A stretch of 64,000 nt of DNA from Phoronis australis. Lineage: Eukaryota; Animalia; Phoronida. The stretch lies in assembly GCA_002633005.1 (NCBI GenBank), contig NMRA01000066.1, positions 1,079,743 to 1,143,742 on the forward strand. Reading direction: 5' to 3'. Positions within the stretch are counted from its first letter, which is position 1, and the number at the start of each line of letters is the position of its first letter. A program made the position numbers and the translations under genes. The notes under the pieces were generated by a model. The model did no database searches and was not told the origin of the DNA. It worked only from the letters and a program-made list of their open reading frames with translations. Below, one piece after another: positions 11,379 to 23,850 of the stretch.

Positions 11379-13387
11379 CAACTTTCAATGTTTATCATCC
11401 CTGTTCATGACCCGTCCACTATTTCTGACCCAGATTGACTCTCGTATTTGTCTAGATCTTAGATAAATTCAGACTCAACATGGCGAGTATCATCCCAGTT
11501 AATTACGTGATCATGCCCTTGGCATTAATCAACTTTAGTCGCATTTACATGACATTAGTTGGCAAACTGGATCTGCATGAGTCACTTACATGAAGACTAT
11601 CGACGCATGCTCTCATAAATTGCCCTTTCTACTAAAATTTTCGTAATCTTTATTTTTGTTAAGAAATTTGGCAAAATGAATTTTACTTGTCGGCCAGATT
11701 GTTTGCCATGAAGTCGGTACACCTGTTCATGACTAGTGAATGGGGTTGTTGCTTGTCAGTTGCCAATGAGTGCTGACAGTCATGCAAGGTCTGTTAACTA
11801 ACTATATATTTAGACTTAATCTTTTAATGGGGGATTCCACGAAACCTTTTAATGCCAAGGATTTTATGATTGGTTTCTTGGGATATTCTCCCTATCATGT
11901 CGGTATGTTCAAAAATATATACGGTATACAGTACAAGACAAAAGTGGTTGACGAAAATTGTTTCATCATGATGGCCAATTTTGTTAACAGGAAAAAAATG
12001 ACTGGTACTCGCTAATCAAGGTGGCAAAATTCTAATTACACCATGGCGTAGCCTCCTTACTAACTTTCCTGATAATTCCTCTTCGTTCTTAGTTGTAAGG
12101 CTTAGTGACACTCAAGGGGAATTAGGTCATCATGACAGGAAATTCCGGGTCATTTTGTATCAATACTTTTGGCTTCTACTGTAAGTATATACTGGGCATT
12201 TATAAAGGTAAATGGGTCTTGTTAGCCATCTCTGCGGTGTTCTTGTGACTGCTTCTGTGTTTTACAGTGATTTTTTTAAAGTTAAACCTGGAAAGTATTT
12301 TTTGGATATCCATTTGAGAATGTTAGTTTCTTGCTGAAAGTCAACACAATTTCACATTTGCGATTTTCAGCTTTTTGTTAAATTTTTCTCAACATAAGGA
12401 AAAATTTTGAAAATTTTAGTCTGCTGCTGTTTTGGTGTGTACTGTGTAGATTTTTCTTTGCAAGAAATAAGCGAAGAATAACCTCTTATAGAAGTTCTTA
12501 AATTAACTTTGGATCATTTTCTTACCATACTTTTCTGTCAATTTTGTCAGTACTTCAGCGTGACTACTGCACAACAGCAGAGATTTTGCCCCCTGTGGTA
12601 CTTTAAAGCCTCCTAGATGAGTCGCATTGTTGGCCAAAAAGTTGCGAGACACGTCAGGCGACATCAAAATTGTGTGTTTGTACATGCATCGGATGCCAGC
12701 TTTTAGCATTTACTTTGAAATCAATTTCAACCAAATGTCGTCTTGATTACCCTGCTGAAGTTGGTTATCTGAAACAGGCTTTTTAGAATGTTGGGGATGT
12801 ATTGCACTATGCTAATTAACGTGCTGACTTAAAACTGATCCATGTTATCTTGGGTCACACTCTTGGCCTACACACCTTGTTTGCTGGAAGTTACACCAAA
12901 TTGCAGTTGTCGCCAGCTGTTGTGTATGTATGTGTGTTCGCATCATCATGCAAGTTATTATTCTAGCAGATGATTGACCTATTGTATTATAGAATGGCTG
13001 CAGGGCTGTCATGGTAAAATTAGAGTTAAGTAGGCACCCAAAGCTCATCGTATCACCTTGAGCACTGAGGGTTACTTACGGTGCGTAGGCGCTATGTTCA
13101 AATGCCAAAAGGTGGTTGGCTACGCCCCACTACAGCACTGAATGGCTGCGGGACCCTCCAAAGCAGGCAGCGACTGGGACTTGTACGTTATTATTAACAG
13201 GTTTTGCGGTCTACCTAATGCAGTCAAGATGTATAGTCTTTAGTTGTATGACCTGTTTAACACAGAATTTGATGGAAATGTGAAATGTTCGGTTTCTCAA
13301 AAAAGTAAAATTAAAAACCTACATTTAGATTGTTCTTAGTATAGTTTGTGCAATAGGCTAGCCTTATATTTAGTCAAATTATAATCA

Positions 13388-14709
13388 TTTTTATGCGCCC
13401 TCATGTTTATTTGTGGACGCATTATGTCGACATCTCCGTCCGTCTGTCCGTCCGTCTGGCGTCCGTCCATCCGGCGTCCATCCGTCTGGTGTTTGGCATC
13501 AGCTGCTCTATCTCCAAAACGCCTTGACTTATGTTCATGAAATTTTGCTCGTGTTCCGTCCGTGGATGGGATGGCATGAGCGAACTTTCGGACGGATCTG
13601 ACTACTGGTGTGTCCCCTATTGGCAATTTTAGTTTTTTACATTTACCCCTGTATTTTCAAATGTCCTGAACGGATTTTCATAAAGTTGGGTATGTAGGCA
13701 CCTGTTAGTGAGATTACGCTATCCTCTCATGCACAGATGGATTGGACGTAGTTTGCGCTACCTAGTTGCCAATGTTACTGTTTTTGAGTGCAACCCTCTA
13801 TCAACCAAACTGCTCAAAGGATGATTGTAAAAATTGGCATGTATGTTCTTACTATAAAGTGGATGGCTGACGATGATTTTTCGACGACTTCGACTACGTT
13901 GGCGCCTCCTAGTGGCAGTTTTGTTTTTTGCGCCTATGGCTGTATTACCTAAACCGTTCGCAGGATCTTTACTAAATTTGATAAGTGTATTTATATGATG
14001 ATATCAACAAAGGACAACAACTTTCAGACGGATCTGACTACTGGTGTGCCACCTAGTGACAATTTTATTTTTTTACGTCTACCTCCTTATGTTCAAAGGC
14101 CCTCAACGTATTTTCATTAAATTTGGCATACAGGCATCTGTTAATGAGGTGATGCTAGTTGTCCGTTTTCAAATGGATTCGACGTAGTTTGCGCCACCTA
14201 GTGGCTATTTTTACTGTTTTCGAGTCTGTTTTGTGGCGTCCACTCGTCTATCAACCTAACGGCTTTCAGGATAATTGTGAAAATTTGCATGTATGTTTTT
14301 ACTATGAAGTGGACCGTTGAAGACGATTTTCCGACGAGTTTGACTACTGTGGCACCTCCTAGTGGCAGTTTTTTTTGCGCTCATGGCTGTATCTATTAAA
14401 CTGTTTGCAGGATCTTTATTAAATTTAGTAAGTGAATTTATATGAAGATAACAGACGACAACTTTCAGGGGGATGGAACGGACGCTTTGTCCACAAGTGG
14501 CAATTTCATTTTGTTCTGTTTTTTTTCCTTTGTTTTGCAGAAGGTCCTTGACAGATTTTTATGGAATATGGCATGTTCCCGTTTTTGGATGGATTGTACG
14601 TTTTTGTGCCATCTAGTGTCCATTTTTATGATACAAATAAATAACCCTAAAAGCACACCATTTGCGATACATTCGTGGGCGCATTTCAACGCTCTGCGTT
14701 GCTCTTGTT
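13388..14709 (+). mobile_element. Helentron-associated interspersed element (HINE/DINE-like)
   Basis: Starts in a T run. SubTIR atgcgccc (13393-13400) has a nearby inverted copy (ggacgcat) and a distal partner gggcgcat (14677-14684). (GTCC/GTCT)n microsatellite at about 13438-13487. Internal ~437-bp tandem units (aactttc.gacggatctgactactggtgtg at about 13583 and 14020). 3' hairpin caacgc-tct-gcgttg, then cttgtt. Confidence 0.85.
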
Positions 14710-15687
14710 AGTAGTTAAATCACCTGTTGAAAATAGATAAATGACAATTTTTTTGCGAAATAACTAGAGTGTTGTCTGATTAAACTCTATAGAACTTTGT
14801 TAAGCTGTCTGTTAAAGCAGCTTAGTGAATTGTTGATTAAAATTCACAACTAATCAAACATACAGTGACAGGTGCACCACCTATGGGTATTTTCACTTTC
14901 AGGCTTTCATTTGTCGGTTATGAGTTATTTCAAATTGACTCGTTTTACACAATATCAGCAATTATTGTTTCTTCATGCAGCTTTCTAATACAGTTTGCAT
15001 TTAAAATTAGTTACACGTGTGATTACTTTGTCCAATTTTATATGACATGATGAACTAATGGTTTTTATAACATACGTTATGCATGTGATGTGCATGTCCA
15101 ACTATGAGAGGGTTTATGTCTAGCTACCAAGTGACACATACCATAGCTGTTTTGTTTAAATCAGTTTTTGTTTGGTCATTCACCAGTTACCTGCACTTAG
15201 CAACTGCTTAACTTCCACACTGTTCTAGAGTATTACTGCACACAAGGAATGTACAGTGTACCATTTCACTTCAAGAGCAGTGTAGTCTGTGTATAATTGT
15301 TAGTTGCACACTGCAAAAGTTCCCACAATTCATTGCAGTGGCGTAGCTAGATTTACCGCTGCATTGCGTGGAACATTTCTTTGCCCTTGTTTCCTCCACC
15401 ACTACAAATGATCAAATTGTGCACCCTGTCCATGAAAAAGTCAGTTGCTTGTCATGTCTTAATCTGTTGCAGCCCCAAAGTTGAATCATCTTGGCTATAA
15501 TCTTGATATTGTATCTAGTCTTCTTATATGTAGGCTGGTTGAAGATCAGTTTCATTTCTTTCTCCATTTTCGTTCCAGCTGTGTCATCGTTCCGCAGCCA
15601 ATACCACTCGACTTTCGAAGTGTGACTACTTTCGAGCGAACTACTTTCGGGAAGCATCTCGCGCTTCGTCCAATGCTAGGCGAGGCG

Positions 15688-15821
15688 ATGGCGAACGATT
15701 TCGAAGCAAGTCACGAAGCCATGCTGTTCTTCATGGAGATTCTTATGAACAGCAACGACCCGCTGACCATCAGTCAGCTCGCTGGACGATTCGGTAGTAA
15801 ACAGTTTACACAGGAAATGAG
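15688..15821 (+). CDS. Egalitarian-like protein, coding exon 1 (first half of Egl N-terminal domain); alternative in-frame ATG at 15673
   Basis: Translates MANDFEASHEAMLFFMEILMNSNDPLTISQLAGRFGSKQFTQEMR, closely matching the recalled Drosophila Egl N-terminus (LLFFLERLLDKGEPRTVHDLSCQFGNKEFTKEMR). Donor ag|gtaagc at 15822 (phase 2). Strong polypyrimidine acceptor (ttcatttctttctccattttcgttccag) ends at 15578, so the exon probably starts at 15579. Confidence 0.9.
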
Positions 15822-18800
15822 GTAAGCTGTTCTTTGGGTAGGCAACTCTAAATTCTTAGTCTCATTCGTTGCTATTTATTCTTGACCCTTCTAAAGTGGT
15901 ATGGGAATCAGTTTAGAGGTTCTTTCAATGCAGTAAGTTAGCTTTTTTCATTTTCGTAGCATTACTCGATACTATTAAAATTGGCAGGTTGTCATTTTGA
16001 ACCTGTCAAAAATGTCGCGTTGTACTCGTAGAATTCAGGTTCCGGGGTCTAACCTTTTAAATCAAAATCGAATTTGAAAATAATCTTGGCATTTTCCGGT
16101 CTCCTTTAAGAGAAACCCTAGATAATTGTATATTATTCTGTGCTCGAATATAGAATGGATTTTGCAGGTGAGTGTATTCAGTCCAGTTTGCACTTGATGG
16201 CTCCTGGATTTCAGGAACGAACCAGAGATTTTAAATCAAAATTTTGAGTTCAGAATTGAACTTACAGATTTGATCCTGGCACAAAATAGGACTATAATCA
16301 TCTGTGTAAATCATAATGTACTAATATACAGAATAATGTACACTTATCTTGAGTTTGTACTTAAGGTGAGTGGAAAATGTTACAAACAATTTTGAGCAAA
16401 AAGATTAGAACCCAGACCCAGGTCGCACTCGTAAGGCCCATCACATGAAAGTTCCCGTCAGTGTTTTTTGTCGGGTGGAAAATTCTGTTTCTGAACAAAA
16501 GTCTGACCAGTGCTGCGGTGCATACGTAATGTTTATAAATGCACAAAAAATGCACGTATCGCGTGGAAGTCCAAGCAGTAAATTTCTCATTTCTGAATTG
16601 ACTGATGGACGATCTATTTTAGCAACGGCTAATCAGCTCACAAAAACAAGAAAATGGCCATCATTTCAAGTCACGTTTTAAGTTTTTGCCCGTCTTAATT
16701 CTGCTGTCTTGCCAAACCTGTCTGAAAGGCAGGCAAGATCGTCACTGTATAGACCACTGTCCATACTTATCCTGGACTGAAAACACTGGAGGACTGTTAT
16801 GTTATCGCAGTTACTAAAACTGCATTTCAGAATCTAGCCTTGATTTGATTTGTTTTGAATTTGTGATTGTTGGAAAAAATAGGTCAATTTCTTAAATAAG
16901 GCAAGTTTTCACTTCTGGTTATTCATGGTCTTATTTTATCCCGGGAAGAGCTTGATTGTAGTACTTTTAGCGCATTTCCAAAGGAGCCCCATTAGAGGAC
17001 GCGTACCTCACAATAGCGATGGTGAAGTGGTTAGGATGTTCACAGGAATACGCAATCTCTTTCAAACCACCATATTGATAAGAGCTAATCTGCCTGCCAC
17101 CGTTGTCAGTAAACGAAATAACGACTACTTAGTGTTACTAGCATAAAAATTAGCTAAGAATGGTCTTTAAATGAAAAATTCCCCCCACAATTATCTGTTT
17201 ATTTGTATTAACTAACGAGTTCTCGTTCATCCTACCTCACCGTAGTTTGTCATATGACAATTACCAACTTGCACAGCAAAAAGCGGCAAATTTCGGGGGC
17301 GATACGTGGCTTATACTCATTTAGCTTTTGCCTCGTGATCAACATTATTGCTATGCTGCCTTCAGAACCATGGGCACCGCAGTTTTGTCTACGATGCCTG
17401 GCATGTGGTGCTCAGTTATTCACAAATAATGTCTATTAGTGCTGTGTGTCTATCAGTGCCCTCAGAAAACTATGCCGACATTTACATGAGCTACATATGT
17501 TGAGAGATCATTTATAACAGACCTTATGTTTTGATTAATTCTGACTCAGATGGGCGAAGACTGTCAGCTAGTTAGGATTAACATGAGGAGTATTTGTACC
17601 TGAGTAAAATCCGAAGTTTGTCCCTGAAATAAATTTTAATTACCTGGAAAAGCAAATTTGATTTTAATTGAACTTTTGACCGATATTGCCCAAAAGGCAA
17701 GCTGGAACATCTGCTTGGCTGACCTGGCTGTGACTTGAAAGTTGGAAGTTGGAACTAATTAAATAATTGTCGTTTTCACTTACCTGGTGCGTGCTCAGCA
17801 GTGCCGGTCACTTGCGAATGAAATCTTGGTGGGAGATTACCTGCCGTGGTAGGAACACACGGCAGCATTTCAGGGGACATTCTGTGGCTGCGCCAAACGC
17901 AAAAGATACAACTTACTAAGATCACCACTTTTGGTTCTTGGTAAAAATTCCTAAGAATGCCTGGTAAGACATTTTTTTCAGATTCGCATTTCCTGATTTT
18001 TTGTGCGCTCACACCACTGGTGTATTAAAAGCCGTAGTTGCACTTTGTGATGCTTAGGTTCTCTAAACTGCCGGGTTCACTTCGGGCTCTGGTGTGCAAA
18101 CTGCACATGACAGTACTTTTTCTAAGACAAACCCTTCCATTTAATTCATTAAAAATGTCCATTGTGTTAGCATAAATTTACAAGACTTTTCAGGCTCACT
18201 GTGTAATAGATGGGTTCCTTGTCTATAACTTTTGCACGTGTTAGACTTTCATGTGCCCTTGCATATATAGATCCTACACTTGAAATAGTTTTATTTTTTC
18301 AAAAGCTTTCTTTGCTTGAACGATCCACACGCAGGCGACATGCAAAATTTCCAAACCAAAATAAATGACTTCATCACTACTGGTTAATACTATACCATGA
18401 TCTTAGACGAAACGTAAATACTAAATTTTTGAGCATGTGAACAGTTTGATCAGTCATTCTGAAATGACATTATGCTATTTTGGCATTTACTTTTGTACAA
18501 AATGGTAAATAATGTATTTTACTCGATATAAATTTAATATTCTATGAAGCAGCACAAGAATGGGAGTTGGGTATTCTCTGTGCTCCAATTTACTGTTTAC
18601 CATTTTCTGTTTTTTATGCCCAGTAAGTGGGGTCAAATGACCTCGTTGATATCAACACCACGGCATCAAAATGTTACAAGGTAGATCAGAGTTCAAATTC
18701 CTATGGGCTGTATTCTAAAGCTGTAGCTGCCAACAGGGGGCACCGTTAATATTGGTTTATGTTCTAACTCACCGACATACTATTACCGGTAGTGTGTTTT

Positions 18801-20603
18801 TAGTTCTCATTTGTTTAGGAAAACCTGGAAAATATTGGAAATATTTTCAGTGCTTGGAAAAGTCATGGAAAGTGAAAAAAAGTAATAACCCATTCAAAAC
18901 TCATGAACAATCCGCAAGATTAATATAAAATCCTTCTTTATGCGAGTTAGATTAGATAATTGGCCAATTCCACCGCATGCTTTGAATAGATTTACAAATT
19001 TGTCTTAGTGTAATGCAACCTAATTAGTTAATTTTGAAGTCTGAGTCGACCCTGAGCTTGGAGATTAGACTCTGGGTCCTGATATGGTTGGAAAGGATTG
19101 TTTGAAAAAATACATCTTGTCAGCTTTTGTACACGTGATAAACAGTATCTTTTGTTACTGATAATGATATTGATATAGATATCTGTCAGTGTAGCATGAC
19201 TGATGGCTATGGCACTACTTGATATGTTTTCATCTTTTTAACAGTGGAGCATCTAGCTGTAATGGTGACTGCAAGGCTTCAAGTAATGAGGACACTTGTT
19301 TATTTTTTCTATCTGTTATCATTATTATTACTATTATTATTAATATTTCATACATCGAGCTTGACCGCATTTTTGTGTGATATGGTTCTTGCTGAAGGAA
19401 AGTATTATTTATAGCTATGTGGCAATAATGTGCGTCTGTCACTGAATCAAACACACCACTGTTTTTCATGCAAACTAAAGAATCGTTGTACTGGATGTCG
19501 CCATAGTTGCCAACTGTCCCACGTTTGAGGGGTACTACTATCCTGGTTGTTGAAGCTTTGTCCCGCTTTTTGACATGTGTGACGAAATTTTCGTGTTGTG
19601 TATTATGTCTTTTTCCGTTCTATCTACCTGTTTTTCCTGCTCTGTTTTATTCCAGCCACAACTACAAAACACTTTTTGTTTCTTGGTATTGGGCGAACAC
19701 TTGCACTTGCGGTGCATTTTCATTTTCGAATGATATCAATTACACTGACACTTTCTATTTTAAGTTCCCAGCTTGCTGACTCACGCTTTCAGAGTGATTG
19801 GAGAAGGCATGGTTAAGGGTTGTATTCAAAATTGAAGAATATCGTTTGGTGAATGGTGGGCAATGGGGATCACACATCACATCTGGCAGTACACATCACA
19901 TCTGGCAGAGTAGATGGCAAAATTATTGGCAGATGGTTGCTGCCTGGCAGGTCATTAGGCCAAACAAATTAACACAGTTGTTTTGTGTTACCTGCTGGGT
20001 AGCTTGGATAATACTTGTTTGGCCTAATATTTATGTAGCCTGATTGGAGGAGTATAGTTTTTGATAGCCTCACACTGGCAACTGCTGCTGATTAAAACTC
20101 GTGCACATATTGAGAACTGGAAGAAGGCCGTCATGAAGTTTTACCGCTCTTCCCGTGGGCATAAGAATGAGTAAGGTTTATTTTGAGCTGAAAAGTCTAG
20201 TGCAGATATGAAGAAGTGCCTACTTCAGTCTGAGGAACTAGCTAACATTTTCTTGGAAATGCATGACCCGTTATTTTCTCAATTTATTTTTATTGGAAAA
20301 TGAAACCATTAGGTTTGCTGTGTTATGAAGCTTGGTTTTAGTTTTTGAAGTTTTTGGCAAAGTTTCTGCTCCATGAAACATCCTGAAAACCTTTATTAAA
20401 TTTTTAATGTGACACTGAAAGTAGTTTCAGCTCTTTTCTTATGAATCAAAATTGCAAGATCTTTATAGTTGCCTGCTTCTCACTCAACATTTAAATTGTG
20501 TGCGGGAGGTCTGCTTGTAACTTGCATTGCCATCACTATTGTATTTTGCTTCTGAATAGTTTCATCTACTTTGCCATCATGCTGTTGTCGTCTGCTTTTA
20601 CAG

Positions 20604-20787
20604 ACAAGCGGCGGGAGGGAATGAAGAGGGCTTGAAGAAGTTCCTACAGAAGTATCCGTCCCTGTTCAAAGTGACCAGTAACATGGTCAGCATCAACAAT
20701 GATCTCGGACTGTCCGAACCGTCTTCTCCCAAACCCAGTCACAAAAGGTCGAAGTCGCTTGGTGGCAGCAGCGATACGGATGGAAAG
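20604..20787 (+). CDS. Egalitarian-like protein, coding exon 2
   Basis: Acceptor tctgcttttacag| matches phase 2. Continues RQAAGGNEEGLKKFLQKYPSLFKVTSNMVSI (recalled Egl: RQIAGGSQSGLKKFLAQYPAIF). Donor aag|gtttgt at 20788 (phase 0). Confidence 0.92.
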
Positions 20788-23700
20788 GTTTGTTGCATTG
20801 GAGTTTGTAAACGATAGAACAATGTCCAAATGTGGTCACGTTTAGAAAATTATATCTCAGAAATGGCTTATTATTTCATAGCATGCTTTACAAAACGCAT
20901 TTAGGAATTGTTTTTAGAATGCCAAACTGTTGCATAATGGGCTTTTTAAAGCAGGACTTTTATGAATTTCATGAAAAACTCTAAAGTTGCATGAAACTGT
21001 AAGGAAATGGTAGTTTAGACAGCTGTAATGTACCTTTTTGTGGTCTCATTTTGAATGTTTATATTAAGTAAAATTTTATCGTGTTATTGAAACTGTTGCT
21101 TTGCTATCAACATACCTTTCTTTATTGCTATTTTTCTCTAAACGACGTGTTCATGTGACCTAATTAATTGAAGAATGGCAAAGTCAAAAATCAAACGACA
21201 CGGGCTTTATACTTTCAGAAAATGTGTGCTTTTAGTGATTGAAGATCTAAAATAGTTTTGAAGGTATTTGGATAAATGCACAGACGTGTCAACAAAGTCC
21301 TACGCGTACCATAATGCACACCTTTGAATGACTGAGAATATTTTACCTATCGCTCACTATTTGTTGTGGAAAATGGCCAATTCAAACCAAAGTTAAATAA
21401 ATTGTAAATAATATGAGCTGACTTGGTTTTTTCATCTGGGTTTTCAGCATACCAATTGCATTTTTATAAATGGTCACTGGATACTGTCCGGGTTGTTCTG
21501 TTTTTGAAACCAAACCTCATTTCATTTTTTTAGATTTTTGCCAGCTGATAATTTTTTTAAAAGTGATCTCTTATTGAAAGCTACTCATTGAGGAAGGTTG
21601 GTCCATCTGAAGCTCATTTTCTACTCATATCACTACTTGCCTGAATAGTGAGCCAAGCAAATTTGTGTCCTTGTCTGAGCTTTTGCTGTCTACGAGTTGA
21701 TGAGTTGATTGTTGAGTCAGCCAGCTCATGGGCTTCCAACACGTTAACTCTCCAAATGTCAAACACACAGGTTGATGAGGGGAAGTGTTCCCAACACCTG
21801 TGACTGTGTGTCTGTAGTATTGTTTAGACCATAGTGGTGTCAGGAAATTAATCTACGTGTTGAGTCCTAAGTCGAATGACGCCAGAAATCTCAAATGAAA
21901 GAACTCGTCAGCACACTTGTGAACAGGCAAATCTGTGAGTTGTATTTTGAGCGGTGCATGGGACTCGTGTGAACAAAGTACAAGTCTTACCAGCTTAGTT
22001 TTATAAGCGTTGTCCATAATCTTGTAGTGAGGTACATTGCTGCTTGCATTTCAGCTTTGATAGGAAAATGTTGTACTTAGACTTTCTACTTAGTTACCAG
22101 CCATTGCCAAGCACCGTCCGATCATCCCTATTGACTCAATGATTCAATAAATTCAAATGTGTTGCCTGTCCAGGGTGTTATAGTCAACCTGATTTTGGTA
22201 TGAATTCAGTCTTAATTTATTGCTCGTCATGTCTGATGTCAGCCTATCTGGCATTCATCAGACTTTAACAGCAAAGTCACAATACTTTTTGGCCTATGTG
22301 TTGTGCATCTTTTCGGGTGGAAACGTCACTCATCTATTTGTTGTCATTAGTTTGAAATTAGTACCAAAAAAGGCAAGACTTTCAATATTTTGGGCAAAGT
22401 TAGTTATTTCACTGTCCTCAAAATCTCAATTTCGGTGCTACTGCTAGTCTTCGCTTTTATCAAAGTTCTACAAAACTATAGACTTTAACTTTATAAAAAT
22501 GTTCATAAAAAGCCTGTAGATTTAAGGTTTTTAGTTTAACAAAAGCTGTCATTAACTAGGTCAAAAGCTGTCATAAACTAGGTCACATGGCTTTGCCTTT
22601 TAGTAAAATTAGACAAAGATTGAAGGTACAGTGGTAGGGAATTGTGGTATCCATTTCTTTTGGTTGATGAATGTTCAAGATGTCTTTTCAAAGTTGCTGT
22701 TCTAATTTTCTTAATTATTGTCTTGTTTTCGTTTATGCATCATAGCAATGTCAAAAGACCTTTTTGGTTGCACCTCATACTATTTTAGAAACATTTTATA
22801 ATTCCTAACTTCATATTAGAGAGCAGTGTGTAAGACATGGTTTCTGAAAGTTTCCTTTGATTCAAATCAGCTTGAGATATGATGTTCTCCCTAGAGTTAT
22901 TGAAAGCTTTAAGATTCCTAATGACATAATTGTACAAATCTGTCCCTAAATCCATGCCGAACAGCTAGCTGAGTGTTAGATTACTGTTTGTCAGTGTTCA
23001 TACCTGAACAGGTACCCAGTATTCCTGATTCTGCCCCACACGTAACACCATGTTACTGACAGCTGGGAACCATTTAGTAATAAGTAGAAACTCTGCTCAT
23101 GATCGCATCTAATGATGTCTGACTGCCGGATGTTGCTACTGAGTGATAGTGTGCCAGAAAAAGATTTATTGTGTGTACTTTTGATATGATATGATAACTG
23201 TTCTCCTTATGTGATAACAATGCTTTCTTCACACTGGGTTCATCAATCATCAGCCCGCAGTACTAAGGTTGCCTTTTTGCTTTCATCTTTAAGAACGCTT
23301 GGTTCTCAACTCCTAGTCTAACTAAAAAGTGGCAAAACTTTATTTGCATGTATAAAATTTTTTGAAAAATGAAACGGTAAAAATCTTGTGGAAATTTGTC
23401 TTGAGTTGAAAACCTCATGATGCGAGCCATATTGTGAGTTTGCAAAATAATTCAATTATGCTTGGAAGCAAACATTATTTGTCTACCATAGTCATCCAAG
23501 TTTTCAAAAATAGGGTTTTCATAATGGGTATTCCCAGTTTCTCAGGGCGTCCATATCCACAGCATTTCATGGCTCCAAGTCAAATAGGTGTGACAGTATG
23601 GTGTGTTACTGTGGAGATGATAAAATTTCACGGTTTTACCATATTGTAAAATAATTTCTACATTATTTCTGAAATTTAGATTTATAGTTTAGAAATTATG

Positions 23701-23850
23701 TTCTTATATCACCACCTCAAAGCTGTCTTAGGAAGCTACCATACTGTGTTCTAAATTGGAGGCAAATTATTTCTGGTAGATCAGCTGGAGGTAGAAGGTG
23801 TGAATACTGGGTAACACACTGTCATGGTGTACGGTGTTTCTTCAATATAG

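Noticed and set aside
19870-19912. 19-bp tandem duplication (and a 22-bp one at about 22540-22584)
   Set aside because: Ordinary slippage duplications in introns.
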